Positions 49,401 through 57,882 of a stretch of DNA of 64,000 nt are shown here, in pieces. The notes beneath the pieces are model-generated. The model did not search any database, was not told where the DNA came from, and saw only the letters and a program-made list of their open reading frames with translations. Positions within the stretch are counted from its first letter, which is position 1; every line of letters starts with the position of its first letter. This DNA comes from a bacterium (GTDB taxonomy: Bacteria > JADJOY01). The stretch is from the NCBI GenBank assembly GCA_046331705.1, contig JAXLQJ010000002.1:1-64000 (forward strand). Reading direction: 5' to 3'. Position numbers and translations under genes: made by a program.

Positions 49401-51959
49401 ATGAGATCGGCGCGAGCGGAAAGACCTCGCGCGCGGCGAGCGCTGCTCGGCGCCGCGATCGGGTGGTGGCTCGCGCTCGCCCTGGGCTGTGACGGCGAGA
49501 ACGGCGCGGGGCTCGCGCGCGGCGGCGTCGCGGTCGGCGACGATACCGCGCGCGTCCGCTTCGAAGCGACGTCGGCGACGCTCACGCTCGCTCGCGGCAA
49601 CGACGTGCTCCTCGAGCTGCCCCGCGATGCGCTCGCGCTGGGCGCCGTCGATCGGATCGACGATCAGCTCAACTACGATCCCTACTGGCTCGGCAATCCG
49701 CTCTACCAGCCCGCGGGCCTGACCTGGCTCACGCCCACCTCGGCGTCGCTGAGCGATGCGTCCCCGTCGGCCTTCACCGTCGCGCTGGGGTACGAACGGG
49801 GTGCCAGCGCCACGCTGCACGTGGAAGCGCGCGCGCCGGGGCGCTTCGAAGCCCGCTTCACACCGAGCGCGAGCGGTCCGCCGATCGCGTTCCTGCGGAT
49901 CGCGTCGCGGGTGGATTCGACCGAAGGCTTCTACGGCTTGGGCGAGCATTTCGACACCGTCGACCAGCGCGGCCAGGTGCGCGCCATGCAGCTCGAGGGG
50001 AGCCTCGCGCTCGAGAGCTTCTACAACGAGGTCCACGTGCCGGTGCCGTTCGTGATCGGCACCCGCGGCTGGGGCCTCTTCGTCGAGAACCGCCATCCCG
50101 GGCTCTTCGACGTCGCCGCCGCGGCGTCGGATCGCGTCACGGCCACGTTCGGGACCGGTGCCGCATCGAGCGCCGGGCTCACGTTCCATCTCTTCGCCGC
50201 CGAACGGCCGCTCGACGTCACCAAGCGCTATTACGACGTGACCGGCTATCCGCGGCTGCCGGCGCCGTGGGCGCTCGGGCCGTGGCTCTGGCGCGACGAG
50301 AATCGCGACCAGGCGGAGGTGGAGCGCGACGCCGAGCGCATCCGCGACCTCGACCTGGCCCACTCGGCGATCTGGATCGACCGCCCCTACGCCACCGGGG
50401 TCAACACCTTCGACTTCAACGCGCCCCAGTTCCCGGACCCGGCGGCGATGATCGCCCGCCTTCACGCGCTGGGCTTCCGCACCGCGCTCTGGCACACGCC
50501 GTACCTCGACGAATCCGACCCCGCGACGAGCGAGCTACGCGATCTCGCGACGCGCAACCGCTACTACCCGCCGCGCAGCGGGCTGCTCTTCAATGGCTGG
50601 GGGCGGCCGATCGATCTGACCAATCCGCAAGCCTTCGCGTGGTGGCAGAGCCTCATCCGCCGCTACACCAGCGCGGGCGTCGAAGGCTTCAAGCTCGACT
50701 ACGGCGAGGACGTGGTTCCCGGCGCGCTGGGCATCCGCGACAAGTGGAACTTCGCCGACGGGAGCGACGAGCGCACCATGCACGCGGCCTTCCAGCTCTT
50801 CTACCACCGCGTTTACGCCGAGACGCTGCCCGAGAGCGGAGGATTCCTGCTCTGCCGTCACGCGACCTACGGCGACCAGGTGAACGCGAGCGTGATCTGG
50901 CCCGGCGACCTGGATGCGACGTTCGCGCGCGCCGGCGATGCGGCGCGCGACCGCGACGGCGAGCGTTACAGCTCGGTGGGCGGCTTGCCCGCGTCGATGA
51001 TCGCCGGGCTCACGCTCGGCCCCTCGGGGTTCCCGTTTTACGGCTCGGATACCGGCGGTTATCGCCACTCGCCACCCGACAAGGAAGTCTTCGTGCGGTG
51101 GTTCGAGCAGACCTCGCTCTCGAGCGTGATGCAGATCGGCACCAGCACCAACGACGTCGCCTGGGAGCCCACCGCCGAGAACGGCTTCGACGCCGAGGTC
51201 CTCGACCTCTACCGCCTCTACACCCGGCTGCACCTGCGGCTCTTCCCCTACGAATGGACGCTGGCGCGGCGCATCGCCGTGGACGGACGCCCGATCCAAC
51301 GCCCGGTCGGCCTCGCCTACCCGGAGCTCGGCGAGCATCCCTGGGACGAGTACCTGTTCGGCGACGATCTGCTGGTGGCGCCCGTCGTCGCGCGCGGCGC
51401 CCGCCAGCGCTCGGTGCTGCTGCCGCCCGGCACCTGGCTCGACTGGTGGACGAGCGCACCCACCCACGGCGTCGCTCGCATCGAGGTGGAGGCACCGCTC
51501 GATCGCTTGCCGCTCTGGATCCGCGCAGGCGCGATCGTGCCGCTGCTTAGGCCCACCATCGACACCCTCGCGCCCACCACCGATCCCACCCGTGTCGACT
51601 CCTACGCGACCACCCCCGGCGTGCTGTATCCCCGCGTGGCGCCGCCCGCCGAGCCAGGGGAGTCCGGCGAGATCGTGCTCTTCGACTCCACGCGGCTCGC
51701 CCAATCGCTCACGGCGGAAGCCTTGAGGCTCGACTACGCGCCTGGCGACGAGCTCGCGAACGGCGTCGTGTTCGAGGTGCTCGGCGTCGCGGCGCGGGTC
51801 ACGAGCGTCAGCGCCGACCAAGTCGCGCTGCCCGAGCGAGCGAGCCTCGCGGAGCTCGAGGCCGCAGGTTCGGGCTACGTTGCAGACGCGGAGGCCTCGG
51901 GCTCGACGTGGATCGCCGTGCCGGCCGGCGCCCACGCGATCGAGGTTCGCTTGCGCTGA
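49401..51959 (+). CDS. GH31 glycoside hydrolase, probable lipoprotein
   Basis: LALGC lipobox; FYGLGE, WIDRPY, FKLDYGE nucleophile, WPGD acid/base, YLFGDDLLVAP. Confidence 0.9.
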   Translation: MRSARAERPRARRALLGAAIGWWLALALGCDGENGAGLARGGVAVGDDTARVRFEATSATLTLARGNDVLLELPRDALALGAVDRIDDQLNYDPYWLGNPLYQPAGLTWLTPTSASLSDASPSAFTVALGYERGASATLHVEARAPGRFEARFTPSASGPPIAFLRIASRVDSTEGFYGLGEHFDTVDQRGQVRAMQLEGSLALESFYNEVHVPVPFVIGTRGWGLFVENRHPGLFDVAAAASDRVTATFGTGAASSAGLTFHLFAAERPLDVTKRYYDVTGYPRLPAPWALGPWLWRDENRDQAEVERDAERIRDLDLAHSAIWIDRPYATGVNTFDFNAPQFPDPAAMIARLHALGFRTALWHTPYLDESDPATSELRDLATRNRYYPPRSGLLFNGWGRPIDLTNPQAFAWWQSLIRRYTSAGVEGFKLDYGEDVVPGALGIRDKWNFADGSDERTMHAAFQLFYHRVYAETLPESGGFLLCRHATYGDQVNASVIWPGDLDATFARAGDAARDRDGERYSSVGGLPASMIAGLTLGPSGFPFYGSDTGGYRHSPPDKEVFVRWFEQTSLSSVMQIGTSTNDVAWEPTAENGFDAEVLDLYRLYTRLHLRLFPYEWTLARRIAVDGRPIQRPVGLAYPELGEHPWDEYLFGDDLLVAPVVARGARQRSVLLPPGTWLDWWTSAPTHGVARIEVEAPLDRLPLWIRAGAIVPLLRPTIDTLAPTTDPTRVDSYATTPGVLYPRVAPPAEPGESGEIVLFDSTRLAQSLTAEALRLDYAPGDELANGVVFEVLGVAARVTSVSADQVALPERASLAELEAAGSGYVADAEASGSTWIAVPAGAHAIEVRLR

Positions 51960-52035
51960 CCGCGTGGCGCGGCGCGAAAAAGAGCTTCTCGAGGGCTCCT
52001 CTCCCACACGCGCCGCGTGGTAGCGTCCCGCCACC

Positions 52036-52989
52036 ATGAAAAGAACCCATACGACGCTCGTTTCTGCGATGAGCCTGCACCTCGTCGCGCTGCTGCTCCT
52101 TCTCACCTGGCTGCCCGCGGCGCGAGCCCAAGCGCCCGATGCGGGCGATCCGCAGGGCGAGCAAGCCGAGCAAGGCGACGCAGGCGAATCGGTCTTCTCC
52201 AAGGCCGTCCTCGGCCCCAAGCAGGTGGACCTCGGCCACGATCTCGTGATCGATCTGCCCGAGGGCTACGCGCTCTTCGAGCAACCGACGGCCGGCGAGC
52301 TGATGGAGCGGATGGGCAACCCGAGCCGCGACGGCCTGGTGGCGCTGGTGACCAAGCGCGAATCCGAGTGGCTGGTCACCGTGACCTACGACGACGAGGG
52401 ATACGTCAAGGACGACGACGCCGCGAAGCTCGACGCCGCAGAGCTGCTCGACTCGATCCGCCAGGGCACCGAAGCCGCCAACCGCCAGCGCCAGAAGCGC
52501 GGCATCCCCGCGGTGGAAGTCGTGGGTTGGGACGAGCCGCCCGCGTATCACGCCGACGTGCACCACCTCGTGTGGGCCGTTCACGGGCGCTCCGAGGGCC
52601 ACGAGATCGTGAACTTCAACACCCGCGTCCTCGGGCGCCGCGGTGTCGCCTCGCTCAACCTGATCGACGATCCCTCGAACCTGACCAACTCGAAGCCCGA
52701 GGCGGCGACGCTGCTGGCCGCGACCACCTTCAAGGTCGGGTCGCGCTACCAGGACTTCCAGGCGAACAACGACAAGGTGGCCGAGTACGGGCTCGCGGCG
52801 CTCATCGCCGGCGGCGCCGGTGCCGCCGCGCTCAAGGTCGCCAAGGTGGGCTTGCTGGCGAAATTCGGCGGCAAGCTCATCGCGCTCTTGATCGCGTTCA
52901 AGAAGGTCGTGATCGTGGCCGCGCTGGGCGTGGTGGGCTTCCTTCAGAAGCTCCTCGGCGGCGGCAAGAAGAAGGCGCCGACGACGTAA
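52036..52989 (+). CDS. DUF2167-family membrane-anchored protein
   Basis: GYVKDDDA, GWDEPPAY, NFNTRVLGRRG, DKVAEYGLAALIAGG, K.GLLAK. Confidence 0.88.
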   Translation: MKRTHTTLVSAMSLHLVALLLLLTWLPAARAQAPDAGDPQGEQAEQGDAGESVFSKAVLGPKQVDLGHDLVIDLPEGYALFEQPTAGELMERMGNPSRDGLVALVTKRESEWLVTVTYDDEGYVKDDDAAKLDAAELLDSIRQGTEAANRQRQKRGIPAVEVVGWDEPPAYHADVHHLVWAVHGRSEGHEIVNFNTRVLGRRGVASLNLIDDPSNLTNSKPEAATLLAATTFKVGSRYQDFQANNDKVAEYGLAALIAGGAGAAALKVAKVGLLAKFGGKLIALLIAFKKVVIVAALGVVGFLQKLLGGGKKKAPTT

Positions 52990-53020
52990 CGAGCAGCACG
53001 AGCCAAGCTGCTGCTTGCGA

Positions 53021-54628
53021 ATGCCCATCGGACCGCAAGCAGCTCGAGGCTCGACCTCCGCGTCGGCCGGGTTCGCCACGTCGCCCTGGCGGCGACGGTG
53101 CGTGGCGTTCGCGTTCGTCGCGCTCGCGACGCTCACGATCGTGGAGGTCTCGCTGCGCGCGGCGGGGTTCGCCTATCGCGTTCACCAGAACCGCGCGTTC
53201 GGCCTCTCCCCCGCCGACGAGAACGCCGTCCGCATCGTCTGTCTCGGTGAATCGACCACCGCCAACGGCGGGCGAGACTCGTATCCGAGCCAGCTCGAGC
53301 GGGTGCTGAACGAGCGCGGCGGCGGGCGCCGATTCCGGGTGTTCAACGAAGGGCTGCCGGGACGCGACACCGCGACCATCGCCTCGCGGCTCCTCCTCAA
53401 CCTCGAACGCTACCGCCCGCAGGCGGTGGTGACGATGATGGGCATCAACGACCGGCCCGGGATGCCGATCTTCGATCCGTCGCACGCGCCCGACGAGAGC
53501 GCCGGGCGCCGCGTGCGCTCGCTGCGCGTGGTGAGCCTGGCGCGCGTGGTCGCGAGCCGCGTGCGCACCCTGGCGTCGCGGCCCACGCCGGTGACAGCCG
53601 AGGCGGCGAGGTCGACGACGGCGGGGTCGAGCGAGCCCGACCCGCAGGAGCTGAATCGGCGCGCGCTCGGCGGCGAGCTCGGCGACGGGCCCGACCCGAC
53701 GGCCTCCGACGATCCCCGGGAGCTCGCCGCGGCGGCGTACCGGGTGCTCAACCGCGGCGAGCCCGAGCGGGCCGAGACGCTGCTCCGGCGCGCGGTGTCG
53801 CTGGCCCCGGGCGACGCTCGCGCCCAGTTCCGCCTCGGCGAGCTGCTCTGCGGGCTCGAGCGATTCGACGAAGGGGGCGCGACCCTGGAACGAGCGCGGG
53901 CGCTCGACCCCGGCGACGCCGAGATCGGCTTCTCGCTCGCGAACTGCTACCGCGAGGGCCGCCGCTACGACCGCGCCGAGCCGGTCTACCGCGCGACCAT
54001 CGCGCTCGCCCCAAGCGATCCGTGGCCACGCATCGATCTCGCGATCGCCTATACCGAGCAGCACCGCTTCGCCGAATGCGAGACGACCCTCGAGGAGGCG
54101 ATCGCGGCCAGCCCCACGACGGATGAAGCGTACCTGCGCCTCGCCGACTGCCACTGGGCCGAGGCCGAGTACCGAGAGGCCATCGGGGCGATGGATCGCC
54201 TGATCGCCGTGAATCCGCGCAACGACCGCGCCTACGGCCAGGCGGCTCGCTCGTATCAGGCGCTCGGCGACGCGGCGACCGCCGCGCGCTACCTCGCGCG
54301 CGCCAATCAAGCGCGGCTCGCGAGCATCCTGCCCGCGACGGTGGCCAACTACCGCTGGATCGCGCGCACGCTCCACGAGCGCGGCGTGCGGCACGTCGCG
54401 GTCCAGTATCCGGCTCGGCCGCGGGACCTGCTGGAAGCGGTGCTCGGCGACGCGCCGGACGTGGCGGTGGTGGACGACGAGGCGATCTTCAAGGATGCGA
54501 TCGACCGCTTCGGTTACGACGCGATCTTCGAGAACCGCTTCGCCGGCGACTTCGGTCACGGCACCGCGCGCGGCAACCGCATCCTCGCCGAGAACGTCGC
54601 CGCGACGATCCTCGCGATGTTCCCGTGA
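53021..54628 (+). CDS. Membrane-anchored SGNH/GDSL-like domain interrupted by TPR repeats
   Basis: TM helix; CLGESTT, NEGLPG, MGIND; TPR array; terminal DFGHGTARGNRILAE. Confidence 0.78.
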   Translation: MPIGPQAARGSTSASAGFATSPWRRRCVAFAFVALATLTIVEVSLRAAGFAYRVHQNRAFGLSPADENAVRIVCLGESTTANGGRDSYPSQLERVLNERGGGRRFRVFNEGLPGRDTATIASRLLLNLERYRPQAVVTMMGINDRPGMPIFDPSHAPDESAGRRVRSLRVVSLARVVASRVRTLASRPTPVTAEAARSTTAGSSEPDPQELNRRALGGELGDGPDPTASDDPRELAAAAYRVLNRGEPERAETLLRRAVSLAPGDARAQFRLGELLCGLERFDEGGATLERARALDPGDAEIGFSLANCYREGRRYDRAEPVYRATIALAPSDPWPRIDLAIAYTEQHRFAECETTLEEAIAASPTTDEAYLRLADCHWAEAEYREAIGAMDRLIAVNPRNDRAYGQAARSYQALGDAATAARYLARANQARLASILPATVANYRWIARTLHERGVRHVAVQYPARPRDLLEAVLGDAPDVAVVDDEAIFKDAIDRFGYDAIFENRFAGDFGHGTARGNRILAENVAATILAMFP

Positions 54629-54689
54629 GCGCGCCCGGCGCGATGCCCGGCGAGCTCGCGGGACGCGCCGAAAGGGCCGAAAGGAGCGA

Positions 54690-54715
54690 AGGCGTCGCGA
54701 GGAACCGCGACGCCT
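54690..54715. terminator. Hairpin between convergent genes
   Basis: AGGCGTCGCG-AGGAAC-CGCGACGCCT, perfect 10-bp stem; a second GC hairpin lies just before the serC stop. Confidence 0.45.
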
Positions 54716-54767
54716 CCGATCCTGCGAGCGCGAGCGCCGGGCCCGCCGCGACCTCGGCGGCCCGGGA

Positions 54768-55856
54768 TCAATTCGCCTTGCGGAAGCGCTCCATCAGACC
54801 GACGAGCTTCTCCACGCCCGCGAGCGGCATGGCGTTGTAGATCGACGCGCGCAGCCCACCCACCGAGCGATGGCCCTTGAGGCCCACCAGCTTCAGCGCG
54901 TCCGCCTCCTTCAGGAACTTCTTCTCGAGCTCCTCGCTCGGCAGCAAGAACGTCACGTTCATCCGCGAGCGATGCGCGCGGTTCGTCACGCTTCCTCGGT
55001 AGAAGCCGTTCGAACCGTCGATCGCGTCGTAGAGCACCTTGGCCTTGGCCTCGTTCGCCTTCTCGATGGCCGCCAAGCCGCCCTGCTCCTCGATCCACGC
55101 CAGCGTGAGACCGACCAGGTACACGCCGAGCGTCGGCGGGGTGTTGTAGAGCGACTGGTTGTCGGCGTGGGTCTGGTAGCGCCAGATGGTGGGAATGGTC
55201 TTCGGCGCCGACGCCATCCACGCCTTCTCGACGATCACGATGGTCACGCCCGACGGGCCGGCGTTCTTCTGCGCGCCGGCGTAGATGAGGGCGAACTTCC
55301 CGCCGTCCACGGGCCGCGAGAAGATGTCCGAGGACATGTCGCAAACGTGGCGCTGGCCGGGGAACTCGGGCAGCGTCGGCCATTGCGTGCCGTAGATCGT
55401 GTTGTTCGAGGTGGTGTGCACGTAAGCGGCGTTGGCGGGCACCGCCACACCGTCGAGCGAGGGCAGCTCGCAGAAGTTCTGGGCCTCGCTGCTGGCGATC
55501 GACACCGCGTTGCCGAGGCGCTTCGCTTCCTCGAGCGCCTTCTTCGACCACGCGCCCGAGAGCACGTACGCGCCGACCTGATCCTTGCCGAGGAAATTCA
55601 ACGGGATCTGCGCGAACTGGCCGCTCGCGCCGCCCTGCAAGAAGAGCACGTCGTGGGTATCGGGAACCTGGAAGAGTCGTTTCACGCGCGCCATCGCGTC
55701 GGCGTTGATCGCCTCGAACTCCTTCGAGCGGTGGCTGATCTCGAGGACCGAGAGGCCCACACCGTCGAGCGCCAGGACCGCGCGCGACGCCTTCTCCAGG
55801 ACCGAGAGCGGCAGGATGGCGGGGCCGGGATTGAAGTTGACGGGACGATCGCTCAT
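54768..55856 (-). CDS. serC: Phosphoserine aminotransferase
   Basis: NFNPGPAILP, EISHRS, LQGGASGQF, NNTIYGTQ, YAGAQKNAGP, YNTPP, GHRSVGGLRASIYNA. Confidence 0.97.
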   Translation of the reverse strand: MSDRPVNFNPGPAILPLSVLEKASRAVLALDGVGLSVLEISHRSKEFEAINADAMARVKRLFQVPDTHDVLFLQGGASGQFAQIPLNFLGKDQVGAYVLSGAWSKKALEEAKRLGNAVSIASSEAQNFCELPSLDGVAVPANAAYVHTTSNNTIYGTQWPTLPEFPGQRHVCDMSSDIFSRPVDGGKFALIYAGAQKNAGPSGVTIVIVEKAWMASAPKTIPTIWRYQTHADNQSLYNTPPTLGVYLVGLTLAWIEEQGGLAAIEKANEAKAKVLYDAIDGSNGFYRGSVTNRAHRSRMNVTFLLPSEELEKKFLKEADALKLVGLKGHRSVGGLRASIYNAMPLAGVEKLVGLMERFRKAN

Positions 55857-56084
55857 GGGAGTTCGCTCCTCGCCGAGATGGCGGTCGCGCTCAGGACGCC
55901 CGAATGCCTCGGCCGCCATGACGCGGTGCGTGGAAATCCAGCCGGATTAGCACATTTCGACGCTGCAGGGAGCGAGCACCGCGACCCGTCCGCACGTAGC
56001 CGCGCGAACGAGACGCGGGATACAACACTCGTCCCGCTTCGACCCGCAATCGGCGCCGCGCGCGTCGCACGAGGAGAGACCCGC

Positions 56085-56387
56085 ATGGCATCGGCCGAGC
56101 TCGCTCAATTGATCGCGGACCTCGACCACGCCGATCCGGCGATCCGTCACAAGGCCGCCAACGACGTGGCGAACCTGGGCGTCGACGCCATCGAAGCGAT
56201 CCCGACCTTGATGGCCCATTTCCACGATCCCGACCAAGGCGTCCGCGTGATGGTCCTCAACGCGATCGGCATCATCGGCTCGCCGGCGCGCGGCGCGGTG
56301 AACGAGCTGCGCAAGCTGCTCAAGGACCCCGACGAGGAAGTCGCGCAGATGGCCGATTTCGCCCTCGTGCAGATCCAAGGCTCCTGA
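56085..56387 (+). CDS. Small HEAT-repeat protein
   Basis: GAGGAG RBS; three HEAT-like units (DPAIRHKAA, DPDQGVRVMVLNAIG, DPDEEVAQMA). Confidence 0.82.
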   Translation: MASAELAQLIADLDHADPAIRHKAANDVANLGVDAIEAIPTLMAHFHDPDQGVRVMVLNAIGIIGSPARGAVNELRKLLKDPDEEVAQMADFALVQIQGS

Positions 56388-56487
56388 GCGGGGAATCGAG
56401 CATCCCGTCCTTCGCGCTCGCCGACGTTCTCGCCGCGGGGCTTCTCGAGCAGGGGCGCTACCCTCGCCGTCGCGCCGCTCGCCGAGG

Positions 56488-57180
56488 GTGCGACGCGCGG
56501 ACGCCCGACCGGCGCCAGGCGACCGCGCGGTGAGACCGTTCGCCCACGGGTGGTGGCGCTGGCGGGCGCGCCGGGCGCTCGCCCTCGCGCGGCGCGCGAC
56601 AGCCGAGCCAGGGCTCGGGCCGCGCGCGCGGAGCCTCCTCGAGGCGGCGATCGCGAGCGGCGAAAGCACCGGCTGCAACGACGCCCCCGCGTTCGCCGCG
56701 TGCGTGGAGGAGCTCGCCGTGCTCACGATCCGCGCCGGCGATCTCGCGGCGAGCGAAGGGCTGATCGCACGACGCGTGGCGCTCGGCGAGGCCCAGGGCG
56801 ATCGAGCCGCGCAGCTGGCGCTCGCCGATTTCCTCTACCGCGTGACGCTTCGGCTTCGCGCCGCCCGGCAGCACGCGCTCGCCGAGCCCCACGCCCGTCG
56901 GGCGCTCGCGCTGCTGGAATCCGCCGTGCCGCCAGCGGACCCGCGCATCGAGCAAGCCCTCGACACCCTCGCCAGCATCGCGCTGCGCACCGGCAAGCTC
57001 GCCGACGCGGAGCAGCTGCTCGTGCGCTTGCTCGCCATCGAGGAGCGCCACGGCGGCGGGCTCGCGCTGGCGTCGACGCTCAATCGGCTGGCGCAGGTGG
57101 CCCGCAGCCTCGGCAAGCACGCCGAGGCGAGCGTGATCGACGAGCGCGTCGCCGCGCTGCGCGACGCGTCGCGAGGCTGA
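56488..57180 (+). CDS. TPR-containing protein (start uncertain)
   Basis: AEPHARRALALLE, GKLADAEQLLVRLLAIEE, TLNRLAQV..SLGKHAEA. Confidence 0.65.
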   Translation: MRRADARPAPGDRAVRPFAHGWWRWRARRALALARRATAEPGLGPRARSLLEAAIASGESTGCNDAPAFAACVEELAVLTIRAGDLAASEGLIARRVALGEAQGDRAAQLALADFLYRVTLRLRAARQHALAEPHARRALALLESAVPPADPRIEQALDTLASIALRTGKLADAEQLLVRLLAIEERHGGGLALASTLNRLAQVARSLGKHAEASVIDERVAALRDASRG

Positions 57181-57276
57181 CGCGACGGGGCTCGATCCCA
57201 CGCGCGAAGGAGGCGGCCGCGCGGGGGTAGACTACGCTCGGCCGTGCATGTCCTTCCCTCGGCACCGGAGGTGATC

Positions 57277-57882
57277 GTGCAACGACACCCGCGCACGCGC
57301 TCGTGGAAACGGCTCGCCGCGCTCGCCGTCCTCGCCGGCACGACGGGCTGCAGCCTGCTCATCCCGGACGTGAAGGTGAACGTCAACGTCTTCGACCAGC
57401 GCACCCAGCTCGAAAACCAGGTGCGCGGCACCTACGAGGAGCTCTCCGACGAGCTGCTGCTGGTCGCTTCGGTGCGCGGCATCGATCCCAACGGCAGGCT
57501 CACCAAGCCGCCGCCGCTCGCCACGGGCAAGGAAGAAGCGCTGCGCGCGGCGCAGAGTCGCGAGTTCAACCGCGACGATCTCGTCGAGCTGATGCGCCAA
57601 GGGTGCGCCGGCGAGAGCGTCGACGGCGGCGTCGCTGCGCGTCCCTGCGCCCAGACCGAGCAGGACCCGCGCTACCGCGCCTTCGCGGAGGCGTTGCTGG
57701 GCGAGGAGAACGCCGACCGGCTGGTGCTCATGCGGCGCGTGATCGCCACCAACGCCGATCTCACGGAATCGGACCTCGGCGAGGTGCGCAAGATCTTCGC
57801 CGACGTGAATCGCGAGAACGCCCAGCCCGGCTGGTGGGTCGAGCAAGCCGGCGGCGCCTGGACCCGGAAGGGCGGCTCGTGA
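57277..57882 (+). CDS. DUF1318/YdbL-like lipoprotein
   Basis: GGAGGT RBS; TTGC lipobox; RTQLENQV.GTY, GCAGE..DG, ENADR, AQPGWWVE..GAWTRK. Confidence 0.8.
   Translation: MQRHPRTRSWKRLAALAVLAGTTGCSLLIPDVKVNVNVFDQRTQLENQVRGTYEELSDELLLVASVRGIDPNGRLTKPPPLATGKEEALRAAQSREFNRDDLVELMRQGCAGESVDGGVAARPCAQTEQDPRYRAFAEALLGEENADRLVLMRRVIATNADLTESDLGEVRKIFADVNRENAQPGWWVEQAGGAWTRKGGS

Noticed and set aside
54661..54692. CCGAAAGG tandem as a structured ncRNA or ribozyme
   Set aside because: Stems too short and no other conserved core seen
54495..56387. 630-aa ORF
   Set aside because: Antisense to serC; only the last 100 aa (HEAT protein with its own RBS) is credible
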